Shown here piece after piece: positions 36,001 through 44,623 of a stretch of 64,000 nucleotides of DNA (positions are counted from its first letter, which is position 1; each line of letters opens with the position of its first letter). The DNA lies in the IMG/VR virus record IMGVR_UViG_3300046777_002658, positions 32,001 to 96,000 of that record. One strand, written 5' to 3'. The notes beneath the pieces were generated by a model. The model had not been told where the DNA came from and did not search any database. It saw nothing but the letters and a program-made list of their open reading frames with translations. This stretch comes from a virus. A program made the position numbers and the translations under genes.

Positions 36001-39000
36001 ACCATGATGGCTTCCTGCAGTAAAGAGTTGTTGTACAACTTCTTTAATGAGCCAAAGTTAACAGCTTTGGGATTAAAGGACATCAAGCTAGTATGCCCGC
36101 AGGATACTATCAAGTCTGATATGCTGTACTCTTGGCTAATGGTGATAGGTAACACTATCAGACACAACGACCCAACTAACCCTCACATTGCTAAGTTGAT
36201 TAGCTTAAGAGATCAACTCAATGAAGAGATGATGGGTGGTGCTGATTACGACCCTGACACCATTGTCATTAACCCAGCAGCAGTAGTAGCTGGTCTCTAC
36301 TCTGACTTGATTGCTTATTTTGTTAAGCACTTTGGTCATTCCTTATGGATGCACGTTCAACAACCAGAAGACCAAGGAGAGATCATGAATCGCCTGTATG
36401 TTGACCGCGTTGCCCAAAAAGCTGGCTGGGTAGAAGTACCTAAGATAGCTTGGGGTGAGTATGAGGAGGCTCTAGCTACAGCTAGACGTATGGAAGGCTA
36501 TACAGTCAAGCTATACGCAGAGTCAGTTGATTATCTAAAGAATGACAAGCAGAATGCTTTGTTGTTTACTTTAGACGCTGATGGAGTGGTAGTTGAATAC
36601 TTCCATCGTTCGTTCTGTTTTGTGGGTGCTGAAGGAGCACCTGTCTATGGTGTAGAGCTATTCGAGTCTAGCACTGTGGCTGAGGCTATCTCTGACTCCA
36701 GACATATGCCACCATCTGTGCGTTCACTCTCTCGCATGGAAGGAGTTGCTTTTGATGATGCTTGGGCGCTTCTAAACGCTGGTAAAGAGAAGATGTTTAT
36801 GTCTTTGGTGATTGCTGGAATGTCATCCTGTGACAAGTTCAACTGCTCTAAGACAATAACAATCCTAGAGCGTGGTGCTGAGAAGGACAAGAACCTGATT
36901 CTCTCTCCAGAAGACAAGGATTATTTCAATAGCATTTTAGTTGAGAACAAAATCAGCTTGGATTTCCATGAAGAGGAGCAGTTTAAAGCTGTAGCTTATG
37001 CGTTCAGAGATATTGTGTTTGTAGCTAAAGGCAAGACCTACTGGCTACCTGCTTTGTTTGCTATCAACAGCTTGAAGTCTGAAAACTCTACAAACAACCT
37101 TGCTCAACAGTTCTTTAGAGATATTCTTGTTGAGTGTCTAGCTGGCAGAACTGTGCCCGCAATAGAAGGTTCAAGAGCTGCTGGTATCTTGGATAGTCTA
37201 TGTGACTCTGCTTCTACCAAGAAGTTAATCACTGCTGCTGATAATATGGCAGCCAAGCGGATTGCTCTGGCTCACATTCCTGCTGGAGAGATTCATATTC
37301 TCAAGAGTACACATCCTGCCAGTAACTACCAAAACCTGCTCAGACACAAGTTTGACTTGAAGAGCGTAGAGGCTGGTAAGTCTACTATCTTTGTTCACAA
37401 CTCTCGCGCTCCTCTAACAGATGGTTGTCTGTTAAAGCTTGTAATAGTAACAGAAGAGCAAAACAGTAAGAACTTCTGGAAGTTAGACTCTGACAGCTTT
37501 GCTCTTGGGAGTATGGGTAACGGCATGGACTTTGGTGACTTTGACGGTGACGGTCACTATTTTGTTCAGCTTGTGGGCACTGACTATACAGTATCTACCT
37601 TTGACAGCATTGCTGACTTTATCACTGATGCTGTTGGGTACAACATTTTCAACACCTATGCCAACCCAGAGAATAAGAAAGGAGAGCCAAACGAAGCTTA
37701 CCTAGCTGACCACTACAACATCAAGAAGTGGTCTAAGGTTGATGAAACCTTATGCAATATGGGAGTCAAGAAGGCTACAAAGTCTAGTGCTACCTACTTG
37801 ATGTATAACCAGAATGCGCGTGAGATGCAAGCCAAAGCAACTGGCATTGCATACTCTGTGTATATGTGGTCTGAACACCTTGTAGACATCCTTCTAGCGT
37901 ACAAGAAGCTAGGCGGTGTTTTACCATTTGGTTTTGAAGCTGCTGCTGATGGTAGTTTAGTAGCCCCTATCTCTCAAGTGTACGAAGTTATTCTTGGTGG
38001 ATTTTCAGACCCTGCTTGGGCAGTCTACACCAAATACTTCCTCAAAATGAAGGAAGGTGAGCGCACAGTGTTTGACCATAACTTAGCCGAGTTTAACAAA
38101 GACTTGATGGCTATGGGCATCACTGGTCAAAAGCAAGCAGGGTTTAGTGCTCTGATGTTTGCTTCTTACCACTTATTCTTTTTAGAGAAGTGGGGTGAGT
38201 TCAATGACTATGAAGTAGACATGGTTACTAAGAACCCACTACCTTTAGAACTAAAAGGTATGTTAGCCTGCGCGTTGGTTTCCTTTGAGCTGATGCGAGG
38301 TAAGTTCCAAGGGTTTGTTGGTGCTCTGGAAGTCGAGAAAGGTGGTAAGGTGACAGGTCACAAGACTGCTATGAACTTTGCTAGAACCTTCCTATTAAAC
38401 AATCCAGGCATGGTGAGTGAGTCATTAGTTTGTAAACAACTAGCTCAAACTATTGAGGTTTGTAATCACCTGCTAGAAGGTAAGCCTCGCCCAGAAAGAA
38501 CTCTTGCAACACCAGGAGTTATTCAAGAGCGCACTGTAGCTGTTCCTACTTCTAACTTGTCTGATGAGGCTTTACAGTATTTCTTAACTAAAGTAGGTGC
38601 ATCTGCTGTGGTTAAGGAGACTAATGACTCTGATGATGAAGGTGGCAGCAAGGTTAGTGCAGAACCTAATACTCCTGACAATGGAGATGGTGGTGCAGCT
38701 GTAGAAGCTATAGACTATGCTGCTTATCTAGAAACTGAAGAAGTTGCTGCTCCTACAATTGAAGAGCTTGTGTCTGTTAGTTCTGCGGTAGTTGAAGAAT
38801 ACTACTCTGAGTCAGAGCTAGAAGAGCCAGAGTTTGCTGCTACCCCAGCTGTTCTTACAACATCTGAACCAAGCAGCTCACAGTATGAGTTTGATGCAGA
38901 TGGTTTTCTTGTAAATTGGCTAGACCACGCGCTTGCCACTATAAACTGGCAAGAAGAAACTCTTGTGATTGACTACACAGGTTCTAAACCTTGTTACTTA

Positions 39001-41826
39001 CTCAAGGGTGAAGGTCTCAAGTTGCACTCTTTAGTATCAAAAGGTTGGGGAGGAGCCTACTACTTTGAGGGCTTAGGAGAAGATAAAAAGGCTCCAGTCA
39101 TCTTTATGGATCAAAGTGTTGAAAGAACCGTGAAGGCAGACCAAGAGTTTAATGAGTTAGTGAGTTCTTGGGCTGAGTGGGCTGGAGAAACTATCGAGGC
39201 GCCAGAAGAGTTCTCAAAAGTCCTGATGGTCAGAGGTGAGGTAATAATCATTGAAGATGAAGATGAAGAAGAGCCAGTACAATCAGAGGTAATAGAGAAT
39301 GGAACAAAACAGAAGATGGCGACGTTAATGCAAGTGGTAGAACAACTACCAGAGTCTGCTTTAGATAAGCTACTAGCTGAGGGTGAAAGGCTACTAGCAG
39401 AATTAACCAAAACTAAAGAGCCAGTAAGAGAGGCTCTTAAAACAATAGAACCTACTGTTACCTGTACTTCCTGCTTAACAGTAGCAGAACCAGTTACTGA
39501 TGAAGCACCCTCTATAGACATACCTAGTGAAGGGACACAAAAGCAGTCAATAGTTAGTTTTACCTCCAGAACTAAGAGGGCTGACAAACCAGAAGTAACG
39601 AACAGTTCGTCAAGAGAGATTCTTCAAGCTGAGTCTGTTGTAGAAAATGTTGAAGTTGTAAAAGCTCATCCTTTAGATGGTCTTGCACCTTTGAGGTCTT
39701 CCACAGCAAAACACATGATTAAAGACATAGCTATGGCTGCTGTGGCTACTCAGTTCATTGGTACAAGTGCTGTATCTAAACCTTCTAGCACAGAGCTTTA
39801 CAGACAAGCCTGGGCTGATTGGAAAAGTGGTTGTGCCAACACAGGTGTCTACACTGCTGCTGACGTAGTAATGGTATCTGGTAACGGCTTGGGGAGGGCT
39901 ACAGAGGCTCAAATAGTAGAAACCTTTGCAAAGAGCTATATCCCCTACCTGTTGTTGGTAATCAATGCCAAAGCCACAGTAGTAGTTGGTGACTGTCCTG
40001 GTATGGACTGTTGTGTCAGAGATTACTTAGTGGGGCATGGCTATCAAAATACATGGGTTGCTGCCAAGATTGGTGGTTATAACAGACTCACACCTCCCAC
40101 CCAGCGAGAAAGAAAACTTGAGAGAGCTGTAGTTAAACAGTCTGTAGAAGCTGTAAAGATTCAACCAGAAGGAGACTGGGTTGAGGCTCTTGTTAGTAAG
40201 TTAGAGCCTTGGACTGGTAACCAGATAAAGAAAGCTCTAGCAACTCTTAGCTCTGAGCAGTTAGAGGCTGCTAGAATCATCATCCAACACGCTCTAAGCA
40301 ACACTACCGCTAAAGTTGCAGAGTTAGACCCTAAAGACGTGGTGGGTGGTCACATCCTCACTGGTAAAGCTGGTACTGGTAAAACCTACGCTACTCTTGT
40401 AATCATCATAGTCCTAGACTTGCTAGGCTTTCGTGTGGTAGCTTGCGGAACCACGGGTCTGGCTAGTCAAAATCTCAAAAACTCTTCTGGTACAATAAAC
40501 AGGGTTTTAAGCTTGGGTACAGGCTTTGAAGAGAGAAAAGATACTGAGGGAAACCTGCTGCCAAGAACTGAGGCAGACATTAGCCAGATAATACTCAAAA
40601 TGAGTAAGGATGGTAAAGTAGCCAAAAGACTATCTGAGCAAAGCAACAACAAGAACTATATAGGAGTAGTTCTGCTAGTTGATGAAGCCTTTATGCTTGG
40701 AGGAGATTTAGGTATCGCCGCTGCTGAGGGCTTAAAGACCATTGTTGGGCTAGAAGCTCAAAATGGTAAAGTCCGTCAGAGACCTATTCAGTTATTAATG
40801 GTTGGAGATCCTAAGCAGCTAGAACCAGTAAAAGACAGAATGATATTCGAGGAAGGTGAGTTCCTAGAATATTCTGACAGCACAGAAGTTCAGAAATACC
40901 ACGCTTTTACAGACCGTCTGAATCTAAAGGTTATTAAGCTAGAGAAGAACGAAAGGCAGTCTGGTGATACTGCTTTTGGCTTAGAGTTGGACTTGCTGGG
41001 AGAGGGTAAAGCTAAAACAGACCTGAGTAACTGTCCTGTTTTGTTGAGTAGATTTAAGGCTTCTCTCTCATGCCAACCCGCAGATGCTTTGCATATCATC
41101 TACAATAATGATGAAGTTGCCAAGTTTAATAAGTCTAAGCTAGACGAGCTTGTCAAAAAAGGTGCTTTCAAAAGAAAGTTTGAGGCAATTATTGACTCTA
41201 GTAGATGTGGCGAGAGTGAATTGCTATCTTACGTTGCTCCTACTCCTAGAACTTTAGAGTTAGTAGTGGGTGCTCCTGTCAGAGTAACCCAAAACATCCC
41301 TAAGAACGATGGCACAGACAATCTGTTAGTAGCTAATGGCGAGCGCGGAGTTGTGGCAAGCATGACCAAAGACAAAGTGACCGTCAAGTTCAAGGATGGT
41401 CGCTTTGAGGAGCTAGAAGCTGTAGAATCCAGAAAAATTCCGGTAGACGAAAATGGTGCACCAATAGGATCTTTCAGACAGCTTCCCTTATGCTTGTGTT
41501 GGGCTACTACTTTTCATGGTAGCCAAGGTCAAACCTACCCTAAAGGTGAACCTGTCATAGTGCATATGTACTCTCGTAAGGGAGGTAAGCATGATGGAGA
41601 GCTTCAAAGAGTATGGTCTAACAACGCGTTCTACGTTGCTTGTAGCCGCGTAACCCGCTCTAAAGACTTATTCTTTTACACCGGGTTGGGTGTTGATGAA
41701 AAAGCTGAAGGAGTGACTGATGAGGAGTTCACCAAGCAAAGGATGAACACTTACTTCAATCACTTCAAGCAAAGCTACAGATTCAATGAGAAGGCTATTG
41801 CTTGGTTAAACAAGCAGTCCTGCTAG
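30070..41826 (+). CDS. Giant 3918-aa multidomain protein: AlkB-like dioxygenase + single-chain two-barrel RNA polymerase + possible SLOG domain + Pif1/RecD-like SF1B helicase
   Basis: AAGGAGG RBS. HQD (32911), H (33079), RINLTFR (33112-33132) = AlkB. SRAP (37402-37413) 44 aa before DFDGD (37537-37551) = RNAP active centre. GKAGTGKT (40363-40386), DEAFM (40681), GDPKQLEPV, HGSQGQT, YVACSRV = helicase motifs. Confidence 0.8.
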   Translation: MAYRQQQTLVCSAKAEVRQNQPSHSAVDTAAPSGQTNCSGNENNSSKVLTMSYSMSALLLSLSIVVKSVKKVAPSMSMRNKVARASRKAQQRLARAKRQARQVKNGWLRSSAYQKLCREADHASRISCITPPASSAGKAGSSSRPIVKYSRLSDGEGVYALTPAIRVHRTFVAPVTRRERHLAAREQLKAAGLLPNQAPALGKALKEQRKAKAKVKSLTFSPVARPRDIEKAAQQLEKAAAKAARLSEVVKVAGHAVSKKKEQREEIFVQKVEAVTAPPTLLKLAARCQRLRQRYYKSQDEQDYKVWQEAEEDYAFLCKKKEQREEIFVQEVVTPDDFLAQLEFLRTQLDQNMAPPVVPQEFATAAAEIVDDYKAQAEATGTKDMTMLMSLSSPIKNSAGEDVQVITITGNWSGNEIDPQLKAASKDVMVNLVGKNKLQKAEFTKRGFVLVTQEWYCLPLEQNKQLIKETPVRPPIVSRTSSNPPKLVKTDRADGVKYLHLYPNSVTPKNIKELLAEPKELEVLVNISSERLIVENRDKFVEFLRANGFENYSTHADWLVLPAGRKFAERVVKAGVVFSEEEESFNKLWVTVDGVDLVEATLAPRKPTENMDDIENEELWNRLGIAEAVRQAVATALSDYLYADVWFSYDTSISLEVTELLAEFGFASKYDCFLLKPALREPVNKDVKSMYITVHTKTKAGVASGSFTVGDTTIPVEVDQKATEPANRLLCVKQAIAYAINAGAKAVSVEVSHANYDLNKLAAWKAAGFKGKSNVELLKDIESLTHYLSVTWVNPKNKAKEVANTVVRETVAQVTKVQASVTTSHKVIGGEAYAEEGLLYYPKILFKETRDLLLEDLQAVLDSGAVEKTSFGPYQYTCLGDYYWTWENKKGVYSTTQPNGSPVAAVPKRLREIVEVWLNGELKVWEGQYVVESCLVNFYEGKQKLNCHQDISEEIDAPIVSFSFGATGRFLIREGARTGRISHEFTLSDSDLLVMYGKHRYCWHEYAGNIESGTRINLTFRMVKKPVVTQPEVRTVEQRTVKTERLVDTTAVKQNQQPAARTVQDRVRVNPDFKPQPRAKTLPEPGLLPQSEVGRISGTPQGCSHIFDFKNNESKKGLDEVIVAAFAVRLDPVKGQPVECNINTPSYAYNDEFTHYGYEDTLTTKKGENMNVISLGAAATKALPAHLTPIILSVCNHCLNGVREEFIPTALSSVNRVNKKANLQIILGQPGGESCLTKEKAIQAPESSSRQKMGAAILEGESKEIPSVIFHDDGQGHTPTFVKLEFSGDGLETILADGKRHIFIVVAWYDKSKQTYFEKGGKQYRIYPHTASVFHVDDLEAVFGGQKVFKFDERALLGLSAEPVVEAKAVKPEVKALNRPLIKPEPTKATSEEVTEVQQSVDKANLAKELADLHKATRLKGLPLTKGLTEEDLESIFVCMSPDGQIAHRTLSYIKSRTDGKPVQLFDWTKADVLKVAKVFVDLLSPTKATADQQVFRYRNTEEGLLLSFDAGTIEFLIGNDGRAYNAADGRAFEQGMELIGYNALDMSWWDSPEYAKAKAALAAAGKKEPEKDVSYFQIVNGEVQTREEYKPEITDVCFSSSIGKFMQAFCAYLLMFAQSKNNTRGGLGDNFKILLNKCESVISMTEGDILGQNGGFLYSVQNSPKLYVHREQCDIFALEEDKLKDLANSVATVVKGYDKKPPEEMLKVSSTDTQSLAMKEAFKKYPALGFHFAKGTFINGLTHLRLATLQKYAPNLFNKTLQLTGLSVEAAVESVVSLTLKASKGAKRATLALARAVEVLGEVKAGWAFYGQEKVLTGWLVQECMAPTFVMAPGMSFFLGNEEEKPVALVKKTQTQNYPKFLASNLAEAVSMTGVTEYQRCLADHRPTQTYDEVSATYRITFDKEVKLIKGTEIAFVKKEEGQGADAVIIFNDNERATLNEITWRVHKDLVGESVLVVNYSYTLHHRNPKLRGVIKTMMASCSKELLYNFFNEPKLTALGLKDIKLVCPQDTIKSDMLYSWLMVIGNTIRHNDPTNPHIAKLISLRDQLNEEMMGGADYDPDTIVINPAAVVAGLYSDLIAYFVKHFGHSLWMHVQQPEDQGEIMNRLYVDRVAQKAGWVEVPKIAWGEYEEALATARRMEGYTVKLYAESVDYLKNDKQNALLFTLDADGVVVEYFHRSFCFVGAEGAPVYGVELFESSTVAEAISDSRHMPPSVRSLSRMEGVAFDDAWALLNAGKEKMFMSLVIAGMSSCDKFNCSKTITILERGAEKDKNLILSPEDKDYFNSILVENKISLDFHEEEQFKAVAYAFRDIVFVAKGKTYWLPALFAINSLKSENSTNNLAQQFFRDILVECLAGRTVPAIEGSRAAGILDSLCDSASTKKLITAADNMAAKRIALAHIPAGEIHILKSTHPASNYQNLLRHKFDLKSVEAGKSTIFVHNSRAPLTDGCLLKLVIVTEEQNSKNFWKLDSDSFALGSMGNGMDFGDFDGDGHYFVQLVGTDYTVSTFDSIADFITDAVGYNIFNTYANPENKKGEPNEAYLADHYNIKKWSKVDETLCNMGVKKATKSSATYLMYNQNAREMQAKATGIAYSVYMWSEHLVDILLAYKKLGGVLPFGFEAAADGSLVAPISQVYEVILGGFSDPAWAVYTKYFLKMKEGERTVFDHNLAEFNKDLMAMGITGQKQAGFSALMFASYHLFFLEKWGEFNDYEVDMVTKNPLPLELKGMLACALVSFELMRGKFQGFVGALEVEKGGKVTGHKTAMNFARTFLLNNPGMVSESLVCKQLAQTIEVCNHLLEGKPRPERTLATPGVIQERTVAVPTSNLSDEALQYFLTKVGASAVVKETNDSDDEGGSKVSAEPNTPDNGDGGAAVEAIDYAAYLETEEVAAPTIEELVSVSSAVVEEYYSESELEEPEFAATPAVLTTSEPSSSQYEFDADGFLVNWLDHALATINWQEETLVIDYTGSKPCYLLKGEGLKLHSLVSKGWGGAYYFEGLGEDKKAPVIFMDQSVERTVKADQEFNELVSSWAEWAGETIEAPEEFSKVLMVRGEVIIIEDEDEEEPVQSEVIENGTKQKMATLMQVVEQLPESALDKLLAEGERLLAELTKTKEPVREALKTIEPTVTCTSCLTVAEPVTDEAPSIDIPSEGTQKQSIVSFTSRTKRADKPEVTNSSSREILQAESVVENVEVVKAHPLDGLAPLRSSTAKHMIKDIAMAAVATQFIGTSAVSKPSSTELYRQAWADWKSGCANTGVYTAADVVMVSGNGLGRATEAQIVETFAKSYIPYLLLVINAKATVVVGDCPGMDCCVRDYLVGHGYQNTWVAAKIGGYNRLTPPTQRERKLERAVVKQSVEAVKIQPEGDWVEALVSKLEPWTGNQIKKALATLSSEQLEAARIIIQHALSNTTAKVAELDPKDVVGGHILTGKAGTGKTYATLVIIIVLDLLGFRVVACGTTGLASQNLKNSSGTINRVLSLGTGFEERKDTEGNLLPRTEADISQIILKMSKDGKVAKRLSEQSNNKNYIGVVLLVDEAFMLGGDLGIAAAEGLKTIVGLEAQNGKVRQRPIQLLMVGDPKQLEPVKDRMIFEEGEFLEYSDSTEVQKYHAFTDRLNLKVIKLEKNERQSGDTAFGLELDLLGEGKAKTDLSNCPVLLSRFKASLSCQPADALHIIYNNDEVAKFNKSKLDELVKKGAFKRKFEAIIDSSRCGESELLSYVAPTPRTLELVVGAPVRVTQNIPKNDGTDNLLVANGERGVVASMTKDKVTVKFKDGRFEELEAVESRKIPVDENGAPIGSFRQLPLCLCWATTFHGSQGQTYPKGEPVIVHMYSRKGGKHDGELQRVWSNNAFYVACSRVTRSKDLFFYTGLGVDEKAEGVTDEEFTKQRMNTYFNHFKQSYRFNEKAIAWLNKQSC

Positions 41827-42054
41827 TAAACTGAGGGGTTCCTCAACCCCTCCTGTCCAGCTTTATTAAACACCATTGACAGAAAGTCCCAATGTCCTGT
41901 ACCCTTAATATAGAAAAAAAGAATAAAGAGTGTAAACACCACTTTGAGAAGCTAGTTTGATATCTTTCACCCCTCAGATATCTGGTGATAACTAGCTTCT
42001 CTTTCTTTAGAAAAAAAGAAGAGTGTTTGCAATATTCTTTAAAGGTTTCAAATC

Positions 42055-42684
42055 ATGTCTTTATTACAATTGTCTCTAGAAGCTGGTGTTCCAAAATTCT
42101 GTGTTGACCAAATTGCTCAAGGTGATGGTCGCATTACTTTTGAGGCATCTGATTTGGAAATGTTGACCTTTAAGGTCTGGAACGTCTATGAGGACACACC
42201 AGGTCAATTCCAGATGATGGTGACCTTCCAAGGTCATTGTCTTGGTGAGTATGAGTTGCAAAGTCTACCTGAAGACCTTCACACCTTAGAGCAGCAGCCT
42301 GGGTATTTTAAACTATCTGGGTATATCCTGGAAGTTGCGGAAGACGTGCCTGCTGAGGTAGCTGCAGCAATGTCTGCTTTTGCTCAATGGAGCAAAGAAA
42401 ACAAGGGTGTCAAAAACCCTGCTAATCGTCCTCACTTATTTTATAAAGTGGCTAGTGCAGAAGCGTTAATTCAGTTAGTTGTGTGTTCTAGCTATAACAA
42501 GTCTACCAAAGTTAACGAGCTCAGCTTTAACGGCTGGGCTTACCAAGGCCTGGAATGGGCTGGAAACGGAATAGGTAGCATCAAAGCTACCAAGACTGGT
42601 ATAAGTGGTTATACCAGAAAGGTGCTGCCTCCAGCACCTGTAGCTCCCCCAGCTCCCCCAGCTCTTACTCTTAAGTCACGATAG
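42055..42684 (+). CDS. Hypothetical protein
   Basis: 209 aa, ATG 44 bp after the class II motif at 42011. Confidence 0.7.
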   Translation: MSLLQLSLEAGVPKFCVDQIAQGDGRITFEASDLEMLTFKVWNVYEDTPGQFQMMVTFQGHCLGEYELQSLPEDLHTLEQQPGYFKLSGYILEVAEDVPAEVAAAMSAFAQWSKENKGVKNPANRPHLFYKVASAEALIQLVVCSSYNKSTKVNELSFNGWAYQGLEWAGNGIGSIKATKTGISGYTRKVLPPAPVAPPAPPALTLKSR

Positions 42685-42880
42685 GGGGTAATAAACCAAT
42701 TGATCTACTAAAGACCAATTGGTTTATTATTATTTTGTTGTACACAGCCCGGCGGGGACTACAGAGCCTCCAGCGATCGCTCTTTGGACAGGTGACAGAG
42801 AGAAAGGGGTGTACATCTAAATCTTCCTTTCTTAGAAAAAAAGAAGAGGGAATGGAATTATTAGTATTAAAGGAACAATC

Positions 42881-43294
42881 ATGACTAACGTATACTTCTT
42901 CTCCCGCCACGAAGCTCAAGAAGCAATGGTATCTGACTTGGGTGGAACTATCACTCAACAGTTCCGAGGCACAATCTCTAATGTTAAGCGTGTTGGTGAC
43001 GGCATTGAGTTCCAAGAGATTCCATTAGGTGAAACAGCTCCTGTGGTACACACAATTCCTGCCGATTCTATAGTCGTTGCTGTAGCTCCTCTGCCTTTAC
43101 AAGAGGCTTGGCTGAGAGCTGGTGTTTCTGTGTTCCTTGCGCCACAGAACAAGCGCGAGACCACAGAGTCTGGTGAAGTAGTTTTTAACTACGCAGGGCT
43201 GTTACAAGTCCTGAAGATTGAAGTAGTAACCCAACAGTGGGTTGGTACTGCTGTTAGTCTAGAGGACAAGCACGCCGAGCGTAGTGCTTTATAA
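42881..43294 (+). CDS. Hypothetical protein
   Basis: 137 aa, AAGGA RBS, 45 bp after a class II motif. Confidence 0.7.
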   Translation: MTNVYFFSRHEAQEAMVSDLGGTITQQFRGTISNVKRVGDGIEFQEIPLGETAPVVHTIPADSIVVAVAPLPLQEAWLRAGVSVFLAPQNKRETTESGEVVFNYAGLLQVLKIEVVTQQWVGTAVSLEDKHAERSAL

Positions 43295-43375
43295 AGAATG
43301 TTGGGAGCGATCGCGCTCTCACTTTCTTTTAAAGAAAAAAAGAATAGTGAGTGGAACTTATTTTTTTAAAAGTAT

Positions 43376-43585
43376 ATGTGGTCAACAACTATATCCAACC
43401 CACCTCTACCAGGATGGGTGCTACCAGATGGTAGCAAAATACTTGAAGTATTTGATGGAGATGTAAACGCCCTCCACCAGGTGTACATGGGTATAGCAAA
43501 GGTTGAATCCCCAACGGGGGAAGTAAGAATTGTGAGGGCTGACTGGTGGGTATCACCGGATGGCTCTCTGTTTATTGAGCTTTGA
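43376..43585 (+). CDS. Hypothetical small protein
   Basis: 69 aa, 41 bp after a class II motif. Confidence 0.55.
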   Translation: MWSTTISNPPLPGWVLPDGSKILEVFDGDVNALHQVYMGIAKVESPTGEVRIVRADWWVSPDGSLFIEL

Positions 43586-43651
43586 ATTTAGTTAACTCAT
43601 TAGAGTATTAACCTAATGAGTTAACTCTTTTTTTTGATATAAAAAAGAATA

Positions 43652-43861
43652 GTGAATGAAATTATTAGTATTAAAGGAACAATCATGACAGAGCAAGAAA
43701 TTTTACAATTGGCTTCTCTTTTAGAAAGAGCCAAACAAGCATTAACCTCTCCCTCAGGCTGTTTGCCTGAGTTCATTTATGTAGAGAAAGGTAAGGGGGA
43801 AATAAAGGGTTACACACCCTATATTGCAAATGGGGGGGCAAACTTTCTTTTCCCTCTCTGA
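43652..43861 (+). CDS. Hypothetical small protein; probable start ATG 43685
   Basis: Leader identical to that of 42881. Confidence 0.55.
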   Translation: MNEIISIKGTIMTEQEILQLASLLERAKQALTSPSGCLPEFIYVEKGKGEIKGYTPYIANGGANFLFPL

Positions 43862-43991
43862 GGAGGGAGAGGTAATTAAAGTAGAATCCGCAATCTACTA
43901 ATATTAATGGTTAAAGAAGAAGAAAAGAATTAACTCCTTCTTTAACCATTAATATTTTTTTTGTAAAAAAAAGAATAGTGGGTGCAATATT

Positions 43992-44192
43992 ATGGAGTTT
44001 TCTATGACTCGCGAAGAAGCTTTAAACACTAACTTAGTGCAAACCGGCGACTACTTCGTCTACAAAGTGGTCCAGGTTAAAGAAACAACAGTAGTTGTAA
44101 CTCCCTACAAGGGGGAGCAGTGGGGTGAGCAGTGGGGTGAGCACAATGAGTACAGGCTAGACAGCCTGTACCCCTACGATGGGGCTTTATAG
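43992..44192 (+). CDS. Hypothetical small protein
   Basis: 66 aa after a class II motif; EQWG repeated. Confidence 0.55.
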   Translation: MEFSMTREEALNTNLVQTGDYFVYKVVQVKETTVVVTPYKGEQWGEQWGEHNEYRLDSLYPYDGAL

Positions 44193-44316
44193 TAACTGGG
44201 GGAAGCAATCCCCTTTTAAGAAAAAAAAGATAAATGAATGAAGTTTGTAACTCTAGGAGTTATCATGACCGCATTTATTTATATTCTCTTAGTTTACTTT
44301 TATCTGTGGGCTATGG

Positions 44317-44559
44317 ATGCCCACACTCGAGATTAAAGGGAAAAAGAAAGTAATGAGAAAAGTAAGTAATTTAGAGTTTAACCTAGCAACCAGCGGACAC
44401 GCCTGGCTGCTGGAATTAGAAGTAAACAACCAGGTAGTAGCCTCCCAGCTACTACTACTTGAGGAGCCGCCGCTCCTCAAACAGCAGAGGGAGTTTCGTG
44501 CGGAACACCCCCTTCAACATGGGGGTGTTGTGAAGTTTCATCCTGTAGTAAGGGAGTAA
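44317..44559 (+). CDS. Hypothetical small protein
   Basis: 80 aa, followed by a hairpin. Confidence 0.45.
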   Translation: MPTLEIKGKKKVMRKVSNLEFNLATSGHAWLLELEVNNQVVASQLLLLEEPPLLKQQREFRAEHPLQHGGVVKFHPVVRE

Positions 44560-44623
44560 CTTTGATTGCCTATCTAATCTCTGGATAGGCAATCGCGCTC
44601 TCTTTCAAAGAAAAAAAAGAATA

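Noticed and set aside
37135-37401. Intein-like ends CLAGRTV ... IFVHN|S in the early giant
   Set aside because: Only 89 aa, shorter than known mini-inteins, with no TxxH block B. The segment fits the RNAP barrel strands leading into SRAP better.
30432-41099. Short alternative-frame and antisense ORFs inside the 3918-aa gene
   Set aside because: Fully nested in a gene with clear motifs; no independent support.
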